Under the pieces are notes generated by a model. It was not told the DNA's origin and did not search any database. It saw nothing but the letters and a program-made list of their open reading frames with translations. DNA of 64,000 nt from Tubulanus polymorphus (taxonomy: Eukaryota > Animalia > Nemertea), in assembly GCF_964204645.1 (NCBI RefSeq), contig NC_134026.1, forward strand, positions 1,139,950 through 1,203,949. The letters are read 5' to 3'. Shown here one piece after another: positions 24,601-49,500 of the stretch; the stretch's first letter is position 1; each line of letters begins with the position of its first letter. A program made the position numbers and the translations under genes.

Positions 24601-25030
24601 CGTAATGGCTTATCACCTACAATACTGTATTTTACAATAGTCCACTGCATCATGTACCTTCAGGACACTTCTATTGAATAACGAAGGATTAACCGATCCT
24701 GGTTTTACTGCTTTGTTTGGTTTGTTACAAATACTTTCACCTAGAAATCTTTACGGTTATTTCCAGCTTGAAATCCTCTTCACATGGTTGCTCCCACAAT
24801 TAGACTTAGCTTTTCAATCATTACTTCAATTTATGGATGTGATGAATGAACAGATATCAGTTGCTTGGTCTGTAACCCGCGATAAAGCCAGTAATATTCA
24901 TGACTACATCAATATTCAATGGTAAGTGTTTCGTCTATTAATTCAGTATTTCGCCTTAATTGCTGTACTACATTTTTCAATTTCTTTTCGTTATAGGAAA
25001 AATTTTTGGGATTTGATCGTCAAACCTTAA
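18679..25030 (+). CDS. TMEM214: TMEM214-like transmembrane protein, ~17 exons
   Basis: Spliced LDANELKSWIEH..PLIWLRDLVARINHKL..PTFHGYPVDYPLNLL..IFEHCVQCI..GESSFGYRLVVQILA..LCLAVMWATGQCGYKDLYCGLRVWLAVMVPTLG..KNFFPSFLAR..LLSCLAACL..CFNVWEKMYTTHIEQS; TM segment VIIIAVFIGVIIGCLFYVGY; stop TAA at 25030. Confidence 0.88.
19025..19443 (+). repeat. 23-bp tandem repeat (CATGGTTATCCAGTAGGTATGTA) x18 spanning a TMEM214 exon/intron junction
   Basis: Near-perfect copies; the first supplies codons CAT GGT TAT CCA GTA G and the donor GTATGT. Confidence 0.97.
22776..22972. mobile_element. Palindromic element with degenerate hammerhead-like cores (Penelope-like terminal-repeat derivative?)
   Basis: ~38-bp outer inverted repeats (ATATAACAAGAATCCCATAATAAAAACGAGAAAATAAT / ATTATTTTCTCATCTTTATTGTGGGATTCTCGTTATAT) around an inner inverted pair CTGAAGATGACTAT...ATAGTTAGAAC. 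Confidence 0.6.
23566..23672. mobile_element. Short MITE, GG(G/A)NCCAGTT...AACTGGNCC family
   Basis: CAGTTCCACAGT...ACTGGAACTGGATCC inverted ends; related copies at ~32366-32480, ~34352-34516, ~36850-36950, ~39965-40052, ~40270-40389, ~43264-43322. Confidence 0.6.
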
Positions 25031-25464
25031 GCTACTTGCAGCCAAGATTGATTGTTCATTCATTCCTTCAACGGAAATAATAAAGAATAAAAAACACAGT
25101 TTGAAAAAAATGTAATTTATTCATCTGGTTGGAAGCCGACTAGAGGATTGCACAAATAAAACCATTTCATAATTTTTTGCCAGACAATGAGAAGTAATTA
25201 TGTCACAAGAAATTCACTACATTAAGTACAACAACGTAGACTACTCGCAGATCGACCTTTCGGCAAAGACTCGTTAGTGAGATCTTAGCTACTCTCAGGC
25301 CACTCGAGATCGCGTTGAGATCCATGATCGTAAGTAAATTATAGGTCGCGTAAGATCCTATGCCGATCAGCTCATTGTAAGAAATAGAACACGTTCGATC
25401 GGCTTACGACAGGTCGACGATCTTCAGTTGGTCGGCGATCAGGGTCGGATGCGACCGTAGAGAT

Positions 25465-26607
25465 TCATAATTCCTTGTCTTTATTAAGACTGAGATATCT
25501 TTGAACGCGTTCGTATTCATCCCTGATATGAAGAGACGACGGTCGTTTCCTGGCGACGATATTTTTACAAGTTCGATGAATACGATGCAGATGAAACTGT
25601 AAACTTTCGCTGCCGTTTCTCGAGCCGAGGAATCGCGCGCAAACGTCCGGTATTCGCCACACGTCGATTTTCTCGTCGTAGCCCGGCATCGAATCGTCGT
25701 CGAACTCGCGATCGTCGTACGGCCACAATTGTTCGGGGGCGACGAAATCGCCGAAAAGCTGCCGTCCGCCGCATTTTACGCCCGAACCGGGCTTCGCTTC
25801 GGGTAGCGCGTCTAAATCGTTTACGACCAAACGTAGATCGGACGTTAACAAGAACTGACTTAACGTTTTATCGATGTCGTTTGAATCGCACATAACTCGC
25901 GTTCCGATCGGACTTTTATGTAAAAACGCGAGTATATCCACGTAATCCATACATAGCTGGAACCGCGTGGATACTTTGTTATAATGAGCGACTCTTTTTA
26001 AATTGAGCACGTTTTCTAAATTATCGGCCGATTTGAACTGATGAAACTCCGTAACGATCGACGTGTCACAAAATCCGATAAGTTGCGTAAATCGTTCGTT
26101 CGTTTGGAAAGCTGTCAACATTTTCAGTCCGTGTTGAAAATCTGCGATGTATTTCTCGTCGGTTAGTCGCGAAATAGCAACTTTTTGATTCATCCATTGC
26201 GCTAGATTCACCTAGAGAAGAAAGGATTTATTACACGTGGCGATGTCAAGAGTTTTGAGAAGGAGAAGTAAACATTTCTTAATTGATTATTGTTCTACCT
26301 GTTTAACGACGCCGCGTCCGATTTCTTCACCGATCTTAATTTCCGATTCAATTTCATCGCAAGTCAACCACGGTCGACAGGAGTCCATTCCGGGAAGGCT
26401 GAACTGACCGTGTTCGCATTTCGGTCTGCATTCGACCTGCGCGACGTTGTTCTGCGGGTTACTGTGCAGGAAATTTTGTCGACATATTTTCGGTATCACT
26501 CGCGATTCATTGAAGTAATAGATGTATAACGTGACCATGAGTGACAGGAAAACTGGTAGAATCACGTGAAGAAGGTCCGTCATACACAATACCGCCAATG
26601 CCTTCAT
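25465..26607 (-). CDS. POMK: Protein O-mannose kinase (SGK196), 2 coding exons (intron 26212-26298)
   Basis: TM anchor, C..GQFSLPGMDSCRPWLTCDEI, IGRGVVKQV, DFQHGLKML, TRVMCDSNDIDKTLSQFLLTSDLRLVVNDLDALP, KCGGRQLFGDFVAPEQLWPY, YDEKIDVWRIPDV. Confidence 0.96.
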
Positions 26608-26819
26608 CTTCTTTCGATTGATACAAGATCTTTTAATCTTTGAAAAATTAAATCATAATCGTTGATAAAGTGAAGAATAAGTTATTCATGTTTTAAATAT
26701 ACATTAACGCATCAGAATATTGCAGTGTAAAAAAAGTTTGTTAAAAAATCAGCCCAAAATTTAATCAAATATATTTTTTTATAAGAAAAACGTTTTTCTA
26801 GCATTCTTAATTTCCAGAT

Positions 26820-27340
26820 ACATACACATATATTTACAACACGACGTTCGCTAAAAGACGGAGATTGTCAATTCTTCCAGGGAGGAACAGGCGGGTTATT
26901 TTTGGAACGATTCAATAATTTTTTTACAAACGTCAAAAGTGCTCAACGACCTTCAGTCTGAGGTACTCCTGGTACCGAAATGTGTTTTTACTCGCTCGCC
27001 ACAGCAAGAATACGATCGATATGCAGTTCGAATCCCATAATTCTACACGTAAACCGCGATGGCATGGAGCAGTCAGTCCAAATCCTGATTTTACCGAAAT
27101 GACGTCGGAAAGCGAAGCTCCTCATTTTACACTCCGTGAGAACAAACCCGGAAGTCAATTTTCTCACCGAGCCCAGGCCCAAAATGTGAAACATTGGATT
27201 AAATTTTACATGGAATCTTGTTGAGATTGAAGGGAAAATACAGCCAACCTATAATGGATAATTGATGCATTTTTGAAGATTCTTCTTTCGTGAAGCCTGA
27301 GCGGAGGAGTGAACCCTGGTACAACCAAAACAAGAAGGTA
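26820..27340. promoter_or_regulatory. Probable bidirectional promoter POMK/FAM135 and first non-coding exon of FAM135
   Basis: CpG-richer segment with TGACGT, ETS motif CCGGAAGT (~27148) and a donor AAG|gtaact at ~27338. Confidence 0.45.
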
Positions 27341-30300
27341 ACTATCTCTGCTTTTGCCTTTAACTTAGTTTTTGCTGGGGTAATTGGCCACGGACTGCTC
27401 TATATTTAAGTAGTCATGATGACAGAAGCGTGTTAGGTTGGTGGGAAACGTTACGTTGTTGTTTTACCTTTTGGTTTGTAGTCAAATTCAATCATAATGT
27501 AGAGAAGGACAATATGAAAAAATGGCTAATGAAATGACATTGTAGTACTGTATGTAGGCTTGATTGTTCGAACTGAAAAATTATTTGATTTTGAAATTGG
27601 ACTTGGTAAATCAATCAACAAGGCTTTAGAGGGCTCTAGGCCTAGATGATGAATAATAACCCTTCTTTGTGTTTTTTTGGCATTTAATTCCGTTCAGTTT
27701 CTCCTCTCTAAATTCTAACCTCTTCTTTTTGTTCTTTTGTGTATTCGCTTGTAAGCCATGATATCAGCATGAATTACATTTCAATTTATTTCATATTTAG
27801 GTCAGGAATGACTGAGTCTAGGCCCGCTAATTGATAGTTTTTATTTTCACAGTTGGATTTTGTGATATATGAAATTCATGCAGAATTGTAATTAGTTAAT
27901 TTCTATCAGTTTAGGCAATAAGTGCATTTGAGGTTGGATGATAGTATTTTAAGGGCTGTAAAATGGTTAGTTTATGTGATGTATAGCAACTGAAATAAGG
28001 TTATAACAGGGTCCCTACAACTCCTTGAATCCTTGAAAACTCCTTGATTTTTGAAAATAATAATAACATTTGATAAAACACACTTTTGGAAGCCAGACAA
28101 CTAGAACTGAACAGTCGGACATAGACAGCGCCTAATTATAAGTTACAAAATAGCCTCTCATTGAGTCGCGTATGGTTACAATACGATACACTCTCTGGGT
28201 TGTAACGCTGATGTAAAATTCCCACTTTGAAAATGAAAAAAATAAAGTCCAAACTAACAGTAACAGTTTCGTTGAGCTAGTTGCCCAACTGTTCAATCAA
28301 AATTAACGTTGATATTCAACATTTGTTTTGAGGAGTTTTCAAACCCTCAAACTTACACAAAAAGTAAAGCTCAATAAATGCAGCTCGTCTAAAATCCCGT
28401 CATGTATGGAGAGCTATCATGAATTGGATATAAAAAGGTACTGTGGATACAACCTGTTGCTATTCGAGCACTCTGTTGCTATTCGAGACTGATTTCATGA
28501 AAATCTCAACTAATTACTAGTTTATCGAACGAACACGCCCGACACCGCGACAGGTAATCGACTGGTTTATTATTTTTTTTCGCGACTAGGATACAATCAT
28601 CAATTCAGCCACACCCACTCAAAAGATTTTTGTCTCTCCGGTGGCAGTGTGTACCGGTGGTGTACTGACAGCAGTATTACGTCGATTTCTCATAACCATC
28701 AATATTAGTCTGTGAATTATGCGTGGAATGTGAATGTTCTGTCTATATGTATTGTGTATATACGATGACTATAGTTTGATCGGCATCTTGAGGATTAAGT
28801 TCATTCGTTCGTTCATTCGTTCGTTCGTTCTGTTTATTAATGAAGTATTAAGCTCTGGTTCCGATTGAATGATGACGATGACGACTGTAAAGTCTTCAAC
28901 GATACGACAGGAAATTCTCATCGACTCATCTGCTATTTCTAATCAGTGCGGTAGGTTTTGGGGGCCACTGTTGTTTAACTGCAATTAAGTCAGGGCGGCC
29001 ACTTACTTGGAAATCAGGGAATTTTCTTTTCTTTAAAAAAGTCAGGGAATTATGTAAAAAAAAGCTAAAAGTCAGGGAAATATGATGAGATTGTTTGATC
29101 GCACATAGAATCAAACAGTTTACATCAATGTTTTACGTATTTGACTGTGTTAATTGATTGGATTCGAGTCAGGAAAATCAATGCGCATGTCAGGGAATAG
29201 TCAGGGGAAAAAGCAAGTCAAATGATATTGTGAACGATGGCTTAAACGAGTCTGGTCCACTTCGCTTATCTGGAGCTTGATTTTGATATGTTGTTGATGT
29301 GATGGAAATTTCAGGCCATCATTTGATTGACACCTAGGTGTTAGTTATACGACATCACGTATAGACATTTGAATACCTAACACTAGTGACTGAAATATTA
29401 AATCCAAATATGGAGAATGCACACACATCCCGTAGAGACTTAATTCGTTATATTTAGTTAATATCAGATGATGTATCGTTGTTTAGAGAGTTCAATGAAA
29501 CGCATCCGAAGCGGATTTCGAGCCGTTTTTTTTAAAGCTGGATCATTTGTTTTTCATTTCCGCGACGTTCGATCGCTTCAGTTCGATGAGCGCTTTTCCA
29601 TTTGAAAATCAGTTTTTACCGATGAAACTACAACGATATCGTCGTCGCTTTTGTTAGCTCAATCGTTAAATAGGCAATTTACATTTAGTTTCCGCAATTA
29701 AATTTTCAGCGCTGCTTGCGCAGTGTCGAGAGACCATTATTGCGTTGCTAATGAGAATCTTGGAGTTTGTACGACCGAGCGTCAATTAATAATACATTAT
29801 ACACAACACACTCCGAACTGTTCGCGTTGTCTTATGAAAAATGACTCAATTCTTATTTTGATGATCTTTATTTGCCGATGACATTTGTTGATTTAGTCAA
29901 ATACTCGTAGATATCTCGGGAATAGAACATATCATTTCGGCCTATTTATAGATGATTTTTAAACACTACTCATAAGAAAGTATGTGTTCTCTGTGCGCAT
30001 TACTTCGTAGCAGGGAGGTAACTGCTGCCGCGTAATACATACTACAAAGAAAGTTCTGTGTTGCTCGCGATTTTATCCATTGTCGATGGGAAGAAAGTAT
30101 TTAATGGACGAAAATCGTATAAATGTCGCCGTATAAATGGAATATGCAGTGTTTAGCCGGGCGGATAGAAAAAGATCGTAGTTTACCGTATGGCTTCGAT
30201 AAGAGTTTATTATCGGCTTGGGCTGCCGAGAACGCCAAACTGGAAAAATCACAAGGTTAAAAATGATAATTATTCGATGCAGACAGCTCTATTTTTAGGT

Positions 30301-30503
30301 TAACTACGCACTTGTATTATGTTTTAATGTTTTTATAAACAACTGTTGCGTGTTATTGTTTTAAATACGGCCGAGGGATAGATTTCATATTCCGATATAT
30401 GATCAACGCGTTATGATTGGAATTTCATTCGTAATTAATAGAGAAGGGTCGTCCACTTAGTTTATCCTTTATATACGGTTTGCGTTATTTCATTTCAGCT
30501 AAG

Positions 30504-41875
<11,372 letters not shown>

Positions 41876-44800
41876 TCGTCAGTCATCTCGTTTTGATAAC
41901 GTCTCTGTTAGTTGTTGAAAAACTTGCCAAACTATAAAAAGAATTATTTGATAGAAGTTTATTTTTTGAAGAAAGTTGAAGTTATGTATATTGTATAGTT
42001 TATAGATATATGATATATAAGTGGGTGGAAAATATGCGTTTGATTTGTGTGTATGTTTGTTTGATGTTTGACAGGACTTGAATGAAAGTCATTGAACCGT
42101 TTTAAGCATACACTAGGGTAGATCTAGGTATATCTGGCGACTGTGATCTATTAAGCGGGCACTTTCCAAAAGACGGGCAATAAGACGTATTGGCCAACGC
42201 TAGAGCCATAGGAGCAAGAGGAAAATGAGGGGAATCTTGGAAATCTTTTCGATTTTTGCTCATTACAGAATTCTTAGTGTCTCTTGGGACCTAGTTTTGG
42301 TGATACTTTTCTGATAAAAAAAAGTCACAGATGTAGGTGGTAGAACAGCATTTTTACGAGCAGGCATAATTTCTAAAAGAACACTTAGAAATTGTGACCG
42401 TTCTAACATCTGCCTAGATCTGCCCTTGATACATACTTATCTGCTATTTTTGTTGCCTCTAAACACTACTAGTCTTAATTTTAATTAATAATGGTTGAAA
42501 ATTGAAACATGTCAAGTAATTAAGCCAGGCACGCGCCTTTGCGATCATTGATGATACAATGAATTGCAAAGGTGTGCGCCTGGCTTTAGAAATAACCAAC
42601 TCAGGGTTGTTGCATGAATCCTCTGCTTTTCAGTTTCCATTACTGTTTATTTGTAAAACCGGTGTTCTTTTGAATTTTGATGATTTCTGTATTTGAAGCA
42701 CTTGCTACATGATATAGTACACATTCATTGTATTCAGCTTAATGTTTTGACTGAATAGTATTTAACAGTAAAACTACCAACAAACGATCAAACACACTTT
42801 AGGCCAGCTTTGATTTTAGGAAAATTGTGAGAATTCTCTTGAAATAATGTGTTGCCTCTTGTTCGACTGAATGTTTACTCTTCTATTGATACTCGTGTAA
42901 GAAAGAAAAATCTTATGCTAATTATGTAGTGTTAATGGTTTACTGCGCGTATGAAATCTTAAATGCTCGATAGAAATTGCCTTTTAATTGATTATAAAGT
43001 TTGCTCAATATTAGTTATGATATATTAGTGTTATTTTGACAATCTTATAATTCAGTTCGGTGTCTGTATGAAGTTTGATTTGATCACGAGCCCCTAGGGC
43101 ATTCGTTGGGCGTTCGTTGTGGCATGTGAAGATGGTTGATTTTCTCACTTTCCTGTTGAGATGAATTCTATTGGCTTCGCTGATTTCTAATCGATGGAGA
43201 ATGTTTAATAAGATGATGGGACCAAGTTTTGTTATGTATGTATAGTTGAATTAAAAGTGATTCCGGATCCAGTTCCACAGTTGTGACACTGATTTCTGAG
43301 TCGCGACTGTGGAACTGGATCCTGATATATAGAGGTGGCCTTTGCATATTAATCCACTCTCGGGGATCGTTCATAAACTATCCATGCAGAAAGAGTATTT
43401 TTGAAGGTCCTGCCTTGTGTATTGTCTAACTTAAACCCAAACATACGTATGCCAGTTGTAGTCGGATACCTCTTGTGTCATGGTCAATTGCACAAGTTAA
43501 ACATGAAAGACTTGTGTAAACGAATCATCAAGGATTTTGTAGTCAACCTGGTCAAACAAGCAACGCAAAATACCAGTAAAACGCTTTCGACTGCGAGGTC
43601 CTACTTTTCGTATGTACTTCATGAACGGTCCCTTAGCGAGTTTTAGAATTTCTAATGTACATAATGTAAATTATAAATGCTGCTGGTAATTTTTTTAATC
43701 GTTATATTTTTGTCGTTATTCTGTACCTTATAATCATTATTATGTTTGTGCAATTCACGGACGTTGGAATAGAAGGAAGTTCCCAATAATGGAATGCCTC
43801 GTCTTTCAAGTTAGATTTCGTAGGTAAATTACCGTAGTTAGTCGCACCCGAGGTGACAGTTCATTTCAAACCATCCACTGAATACCGTAATTTACATACA
43901 ATTACGATGTAGATTTACTTTTTACTGTTAACACACAACTGTTGTACAAATATATATAATATATATGGATAAAAACAACTCATCGAATGTATGATTAGTT
44001 TGTAATATATAGTTTTAGGAAAGAATGATATTTATGCTCTAGCTGAACTGATTCAGCCACGCTATATTTGAATAAAATGAAGAAAAAAAAAACGATCAAA
44101 ATCTGTTGGGTCTTATCGTCAACAGGATGGCTTCTATGATGAAATTAGGGATGGATCTAGGCACATCCGAGATCAAAATGGCAATCGAATTAAAAATATA
44201 GATTTAACGGGCACTTTCATGAAAAGGGGTGTGTGCTGTGTTCAGGGATGGCAGAAGTGTGCACGGCTAAAATCTTCATCGCTTTTTATGAAGCTGTTTG
44301 TAAGAGAATTGTTTTATGATTACAGCTACAGTATTATTAGAAAGCTTCAATCAACAGAACACTTAAAATTATGAGTTCTATGCGACCACTCTGCGAATCA
44401 TCAAAGATCCTTTAATGGAGTTAAGAAACCATACAGAACAGTGTTTCCGAGGGGTAAGGGCTCTTCCATTCTCTTGGTTACCAATGGTCATGATGTCACG
44501 GTTTGGCGACATGCCACACTATGCCACACTAATCAACCAGAACAACTAACACAATTTGAGTACAGCATACATTCTATTAACATTGTTAGAAAATTTATCT
44601 TTTTTCATTATATATAAACTGTACATGATTTCGTTTCTTTTTAATACATAATACAATAACCAACAACATATCCTCCTTCTCATTATATGGTAGAAACATG
44701 CTTCTTTTGGAAGTATTTCAATCATGTGTGCAGTAAATAGATGATATTCAAAGCAAAATATCTCCGTCACAAAAAAAAGATTAAACTTAAAATCAGCCAT

Positions 44801-46144
44801 AAACAAATGCATTGTTTATTTCATCCTATTCTCTTACCACAATCGGTGGGACTAAAGTTTAAAATTACCCAGTAATTTCGAGTAGAAAAATGCATATCGT
44901 ACTGAGGTATGTGACGCTATTATGTGACCAGGGACTCCAGTCTCGTGCCTCCTACCTGTGACCAATTTTGCTTTTAAGTAAAATTTAATATGGAAAATAA
45001 TCTGCTGATGTCCGGTCACACTTAGCAAACTGACTAACTGACTGTATTACTCTTTCTAGGCTCAGGTCAAAGTAAAATCCATCTTTACAAATATTGACGC
45101 TACAAATTAAAGGCATGAATTATATTTGAGTAACAGATGTAAGGGTTAATGTTGGTTACATCAGTACATTCCCATATTTACAAGAATCAACACCTAAAAT
45201 ATTGTGCGTCTTATGAACTACCGGTAAATCTAACTAATTTTCAATATCAATTAACACAAACAATGCAAATTCCGAGAGGAAAGACCACGTTGAACTATTT
45301 TGCTTCGAACTAATTCGGATGCGGTTCTAAAAAGCAATCTTCAAATAAAAAAAGAAAAACAAAGTATTTTCGAAGACTTCGATTAAATAAGGCTTAGAAA
45401 CAACAGTAAAACATAGTAACAAATAACACATAATACAATAAATAACCTGTGCATTGTCATATCGCCAAATATAATTTTAAAGCTATTCAAAAAAACATTA
45501 GTCTTGGGGGAAATTATAATGTATTAACTCAATTGGACAGCTTGATTCATTTGTATTGCATCAACTGATTTCTGTATTCAAGGATTATATTCATATATAC
45601 GCATACTATATATTATATATCATTCTATTCAGGTATTACTTGAATGAGACCACTTAATTCCATAAATATGTTAGTGAGTTAGACCTATACTAGAAATAAA
45701 GTGTTGAACTGAAATCTTTTGATCATGCGTCTATATATGGAATACAATACAGCTGCCTTTCAGTATAGTGGTCAGGCTGATGTAATCAAGCGAAACATAG
45801 TTGAATTGAAAGCTTTAATTTTTCATGCTCATCTATTCTAAAACCCTACAGAATGTATTCATTTGATGTTTTTCATATTACAAGCCATTCGTTGATCAGG
45901 AAGAAGACAATGTACAGATCATCATTTCACAACTAATAAATACAGTAAACCTTGCCTCAAACAGGACATGGCTAACTCTGACTTTCTATCATATTTTCCG
46001 ATCAATTTTGCTGGTCTCAGTTTATCCAGGTTTACTGTATGCTTTGCGTTGATTTCGAGTTCGTAAAATTATTACAACTGAATTCTTATCATCGATAAAG
46101 GCTGTTTATAAAGTATGTACACAAAATTACTCTCCTCCATCCAT

Positions 46145-46255
46145 CAGGGGCGGATCATTTCTGATACAAAGGGTCCCTCCATTTGTGACCTTTCGTGTGG
46201 CAGCTTTATCTAAGAAATTTTTCTTTTGGGCCCCACCTTCCTAGATCTACCCCTG
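46145..46255. mobile_element. Short MITE CAGGGGCGGATC...GATCTACCCCTG
   Basis: Inverted termini; a related element lies at ~42114-42427 (AGGGTAGATCTAGG...CCTAGATCTGCCCT). Confidence 0.6.
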
Positions 46256-46525
46256 ATGTATGCCACTTCAAGCGTTATGTTCATAGGGGGAAATGGTAAA
46301 TTATTTCCACCCCCCTCAATGTGTACACATTTCATTTCATAATTCAACAGAAATATCACAGCTTTAAACAGCTTCAGTTTAACACACGTAAATCATCTAC
46401 ATTTTGACTAGGATTGCGCCAATGCTAATTAACAGGTACGCAGTTTTATGCACACTCGACAGACACACCTGTAACACACTTAATAGTTCTATAATAGTCT
46501 AATTATTATCAGTGATTATTAGCTA

Positions 46526-49500
46526 CTACACTAGAGGACCGGGTGAATCTCGGGTTTCAGAATCTGTAGAATCCAGTAGTAACGGTGAAATGCTACGACT
46601 TTTCAAACTGGGATCATCGATGTCATTCATAAACAAGTGGACCTTCAATGAAAAATAATATGGACACATATATAAATAGTTGATGGTTAAGCTGGATGTT
46701 AACACAAGACATACAACATCACTTGATGTATCGCTAGAATTGACACAATCATTAGAATGAATCATTTTGGTTTTCTAGTGTCGCACACCGTGGAACAAAA
46801 ACGGTTTTTTATGTTGGAAACATATTTTCCGACTGCTTTGTGTATCCGGCTTAAAGATTAACTCAAAGTTTAAAGATTAAGTCAAATTTCAACTACCGGG
46901 TCAGAACTGTGGAACATACTTCCCGAGTTCATTTTCAATAATTGATCATATCGCTCTTCGGAAAAAGGAGTCACATTTGAAAACGCTGTATTTACCTTAT
47001 CTCTGAACTGCTGGCATATTTCTAAAGCTATCGTGAACAGTAAGATGGTGTCGTGAAGCCACGGAACTGTACATTCTACTTGATGCCTTGAACCTATCTC
47101 GTAATGCTGATTTTGATTAGGAGTTAAATGGTATATAGCTAGGATCAGTTTTTGAGCTTGTATATAAAAACTAAGAACAGTATTGTTTGGCACAGCAGGA
47201 CTCAGGCTTTTCTGAAAATGATAAAAACAGGCATTTAAAAAAAAAGTTTCATCAAAGTGACGAAGACTGTGACTAAGATAAGAGACATTTCGATGTACCA
47301 TGTTTCTATTGTGTATAAGATCTGTCAGTGTTTTTTTCTTCGGCAGTAACAGGCATTGTTTTCCCTCCATTAATAAGTGAATTATACGGTCGAAAAACTG
47401 AAATACGAGATCATTATTTATGATTTAGAATCTACAGAGTTTTATCAAAGTTAATATGCAATCTATAACAGAGACGCCGCAATGTTGTAAAAGGTTTTTT
47501 TCAATGGACATAATTAAAAAAGTGTGTTCTTTGTACAGTCAAACTTTTCATAGCTGAGACTATCATCATGTTGATGATGACTTATCTAAATAATGACTTA
47601 CACTTAGTAAATTGAACTGGAAATATAAATTTGGACTATGGGACTAAAAAAATGACGCCTTAAATGATGTTACGACTTATATGATGATTACTAGACTGTA
47701 TTGAATGTATGGAACTCACAATCAGTAATTCTTGGCCACCCTGGAAGGTATAAGTGTCTTCTTTACCGTAAATTTCATGAATAGCTTTGCATAAATAGTT
47801 TCCGGCATCTTGTATCTGAAAAATAGATAAAATGGTAAAATGTACGAACCAAAATATGTGTAGTTATCAATTATTGATGATCAAATTCTCTATAACAGAA
47901 AGGAAAGTCAATACATTTGAACAATGAAATGGATCAAGCATTTTCAGTTCAATTCAGCCATCAGACAAACTTCATGTTATTGTCTTGACAATGTAAGCTT
48001 AAAGTGTTCGATTCATAGTAAGTGGTAAAAATTTCTTGTTGATAGTTATTTTTGGGATTCAGTTTTACTCAATAGATATAGTATAATTATTTTTTTTAGC
48101 GGTTTAGCAGTTTAACCAGTATTCAGTAAAAACGAGTTGAGTCTATTGTAATGCCCTAAATGGATCTTAATGAATTTGATTATGTAAAAAAAAGTGATGT
48201 TCACACCTGTTGTAGACGCCATGGTTCACCGGGTTGAATAGCTGATCGGATTGGCAAGTTTCCATGTTTGTGCGTGTTTATACTGATGTTCTAAAAACAG
48301 GGCATCAAAAACAATATTATAATGCATGTCAAGAAGATATCGAATACAATTAATTTTAACGTCAACAATTCAATTTTCCAACATCAGATATCAAGTTACA
48401 CTTGAACTTAAGTAAATAGTTCAAGAGCAGCTATTACTTTTTAATGGGAACTACTTTTAGGACAGGGGCTCTTCTCATCCAGCAAATAGTTTAAGGGCAA
48501 TGTTAAATCGTTTTTATCAATCGATAGATAGTTCGAGAAGTTCAAGAACAAACATGAATTTTGGACAAACTAATCGATATATATATATATGAGAAAATTT
48601 TGAATTTTTACCAGCTCCAGATGCAATTTGTGTGACATCAAATATAATTATCCACACATCAATAATAAGGAAATCTGAATAACATTTGAACTGCGTTTGT
48701 GCTCAAGCGATAACAGTGTGGAAGGCTACAACTTTTTGCCTATTCTGATGAGTAAATTGCTTTCATTGTACTGGTATCAATAACACAAGAATTACTTACT
48801 GCTTCACATATGACGTCACCCATCAGCGTTACCATACATTTAACTGGTACGTCGCTGCAAAACATCGCAAACAAATACTCAAAAATACATCCTTTCGTTA
48901 CAACGACAAAGACATGAGTTTGTAAAATCGCCCTCTATTTCCAAACTTAGACATACAACAACTTACTTTGAACTGGACAGAAGAAACTTTTCTGGCTTCA
49001 CAATATTTTCTTCACCTACAATTGTTAACATATTAATTTAAAAACGAAACTTCATTAAGCGAAGACAGAAAATCTTGTACTATATATAAAGAATCAATAG
49101 AAGTCCTTGAATAACGGGAATATAGGGAACGAAAAAGAGGACACAAATTAACCTATATGTGGCAGAAAAATCAATACTCTCCACACCTGTTCCAATACAT
49201 ATTCATACTACAACGCACAGCTGTTTGTGCATTGATATTGTAGAATAATTATAGGGTAGGCCTGTTTAATGGCACAATCTTTGAGTTATTGATTGAAGAT
49301 TTACCCGGATTGTCAGGATTCTGTACAGCAAATCTTCGACAACAATCCTGAAAATATCGATAATAAAAATCGGAGGCCTTTTAATAGATACTCGAATTAT
49401 TAAACAAGTTTTTTCTCGAGTGAAATTAATTTTAATCAAAATTGATCATTAATAATTTATGATCTTACATTTACAATTTTTTTCAATTGTCGTATCACAT

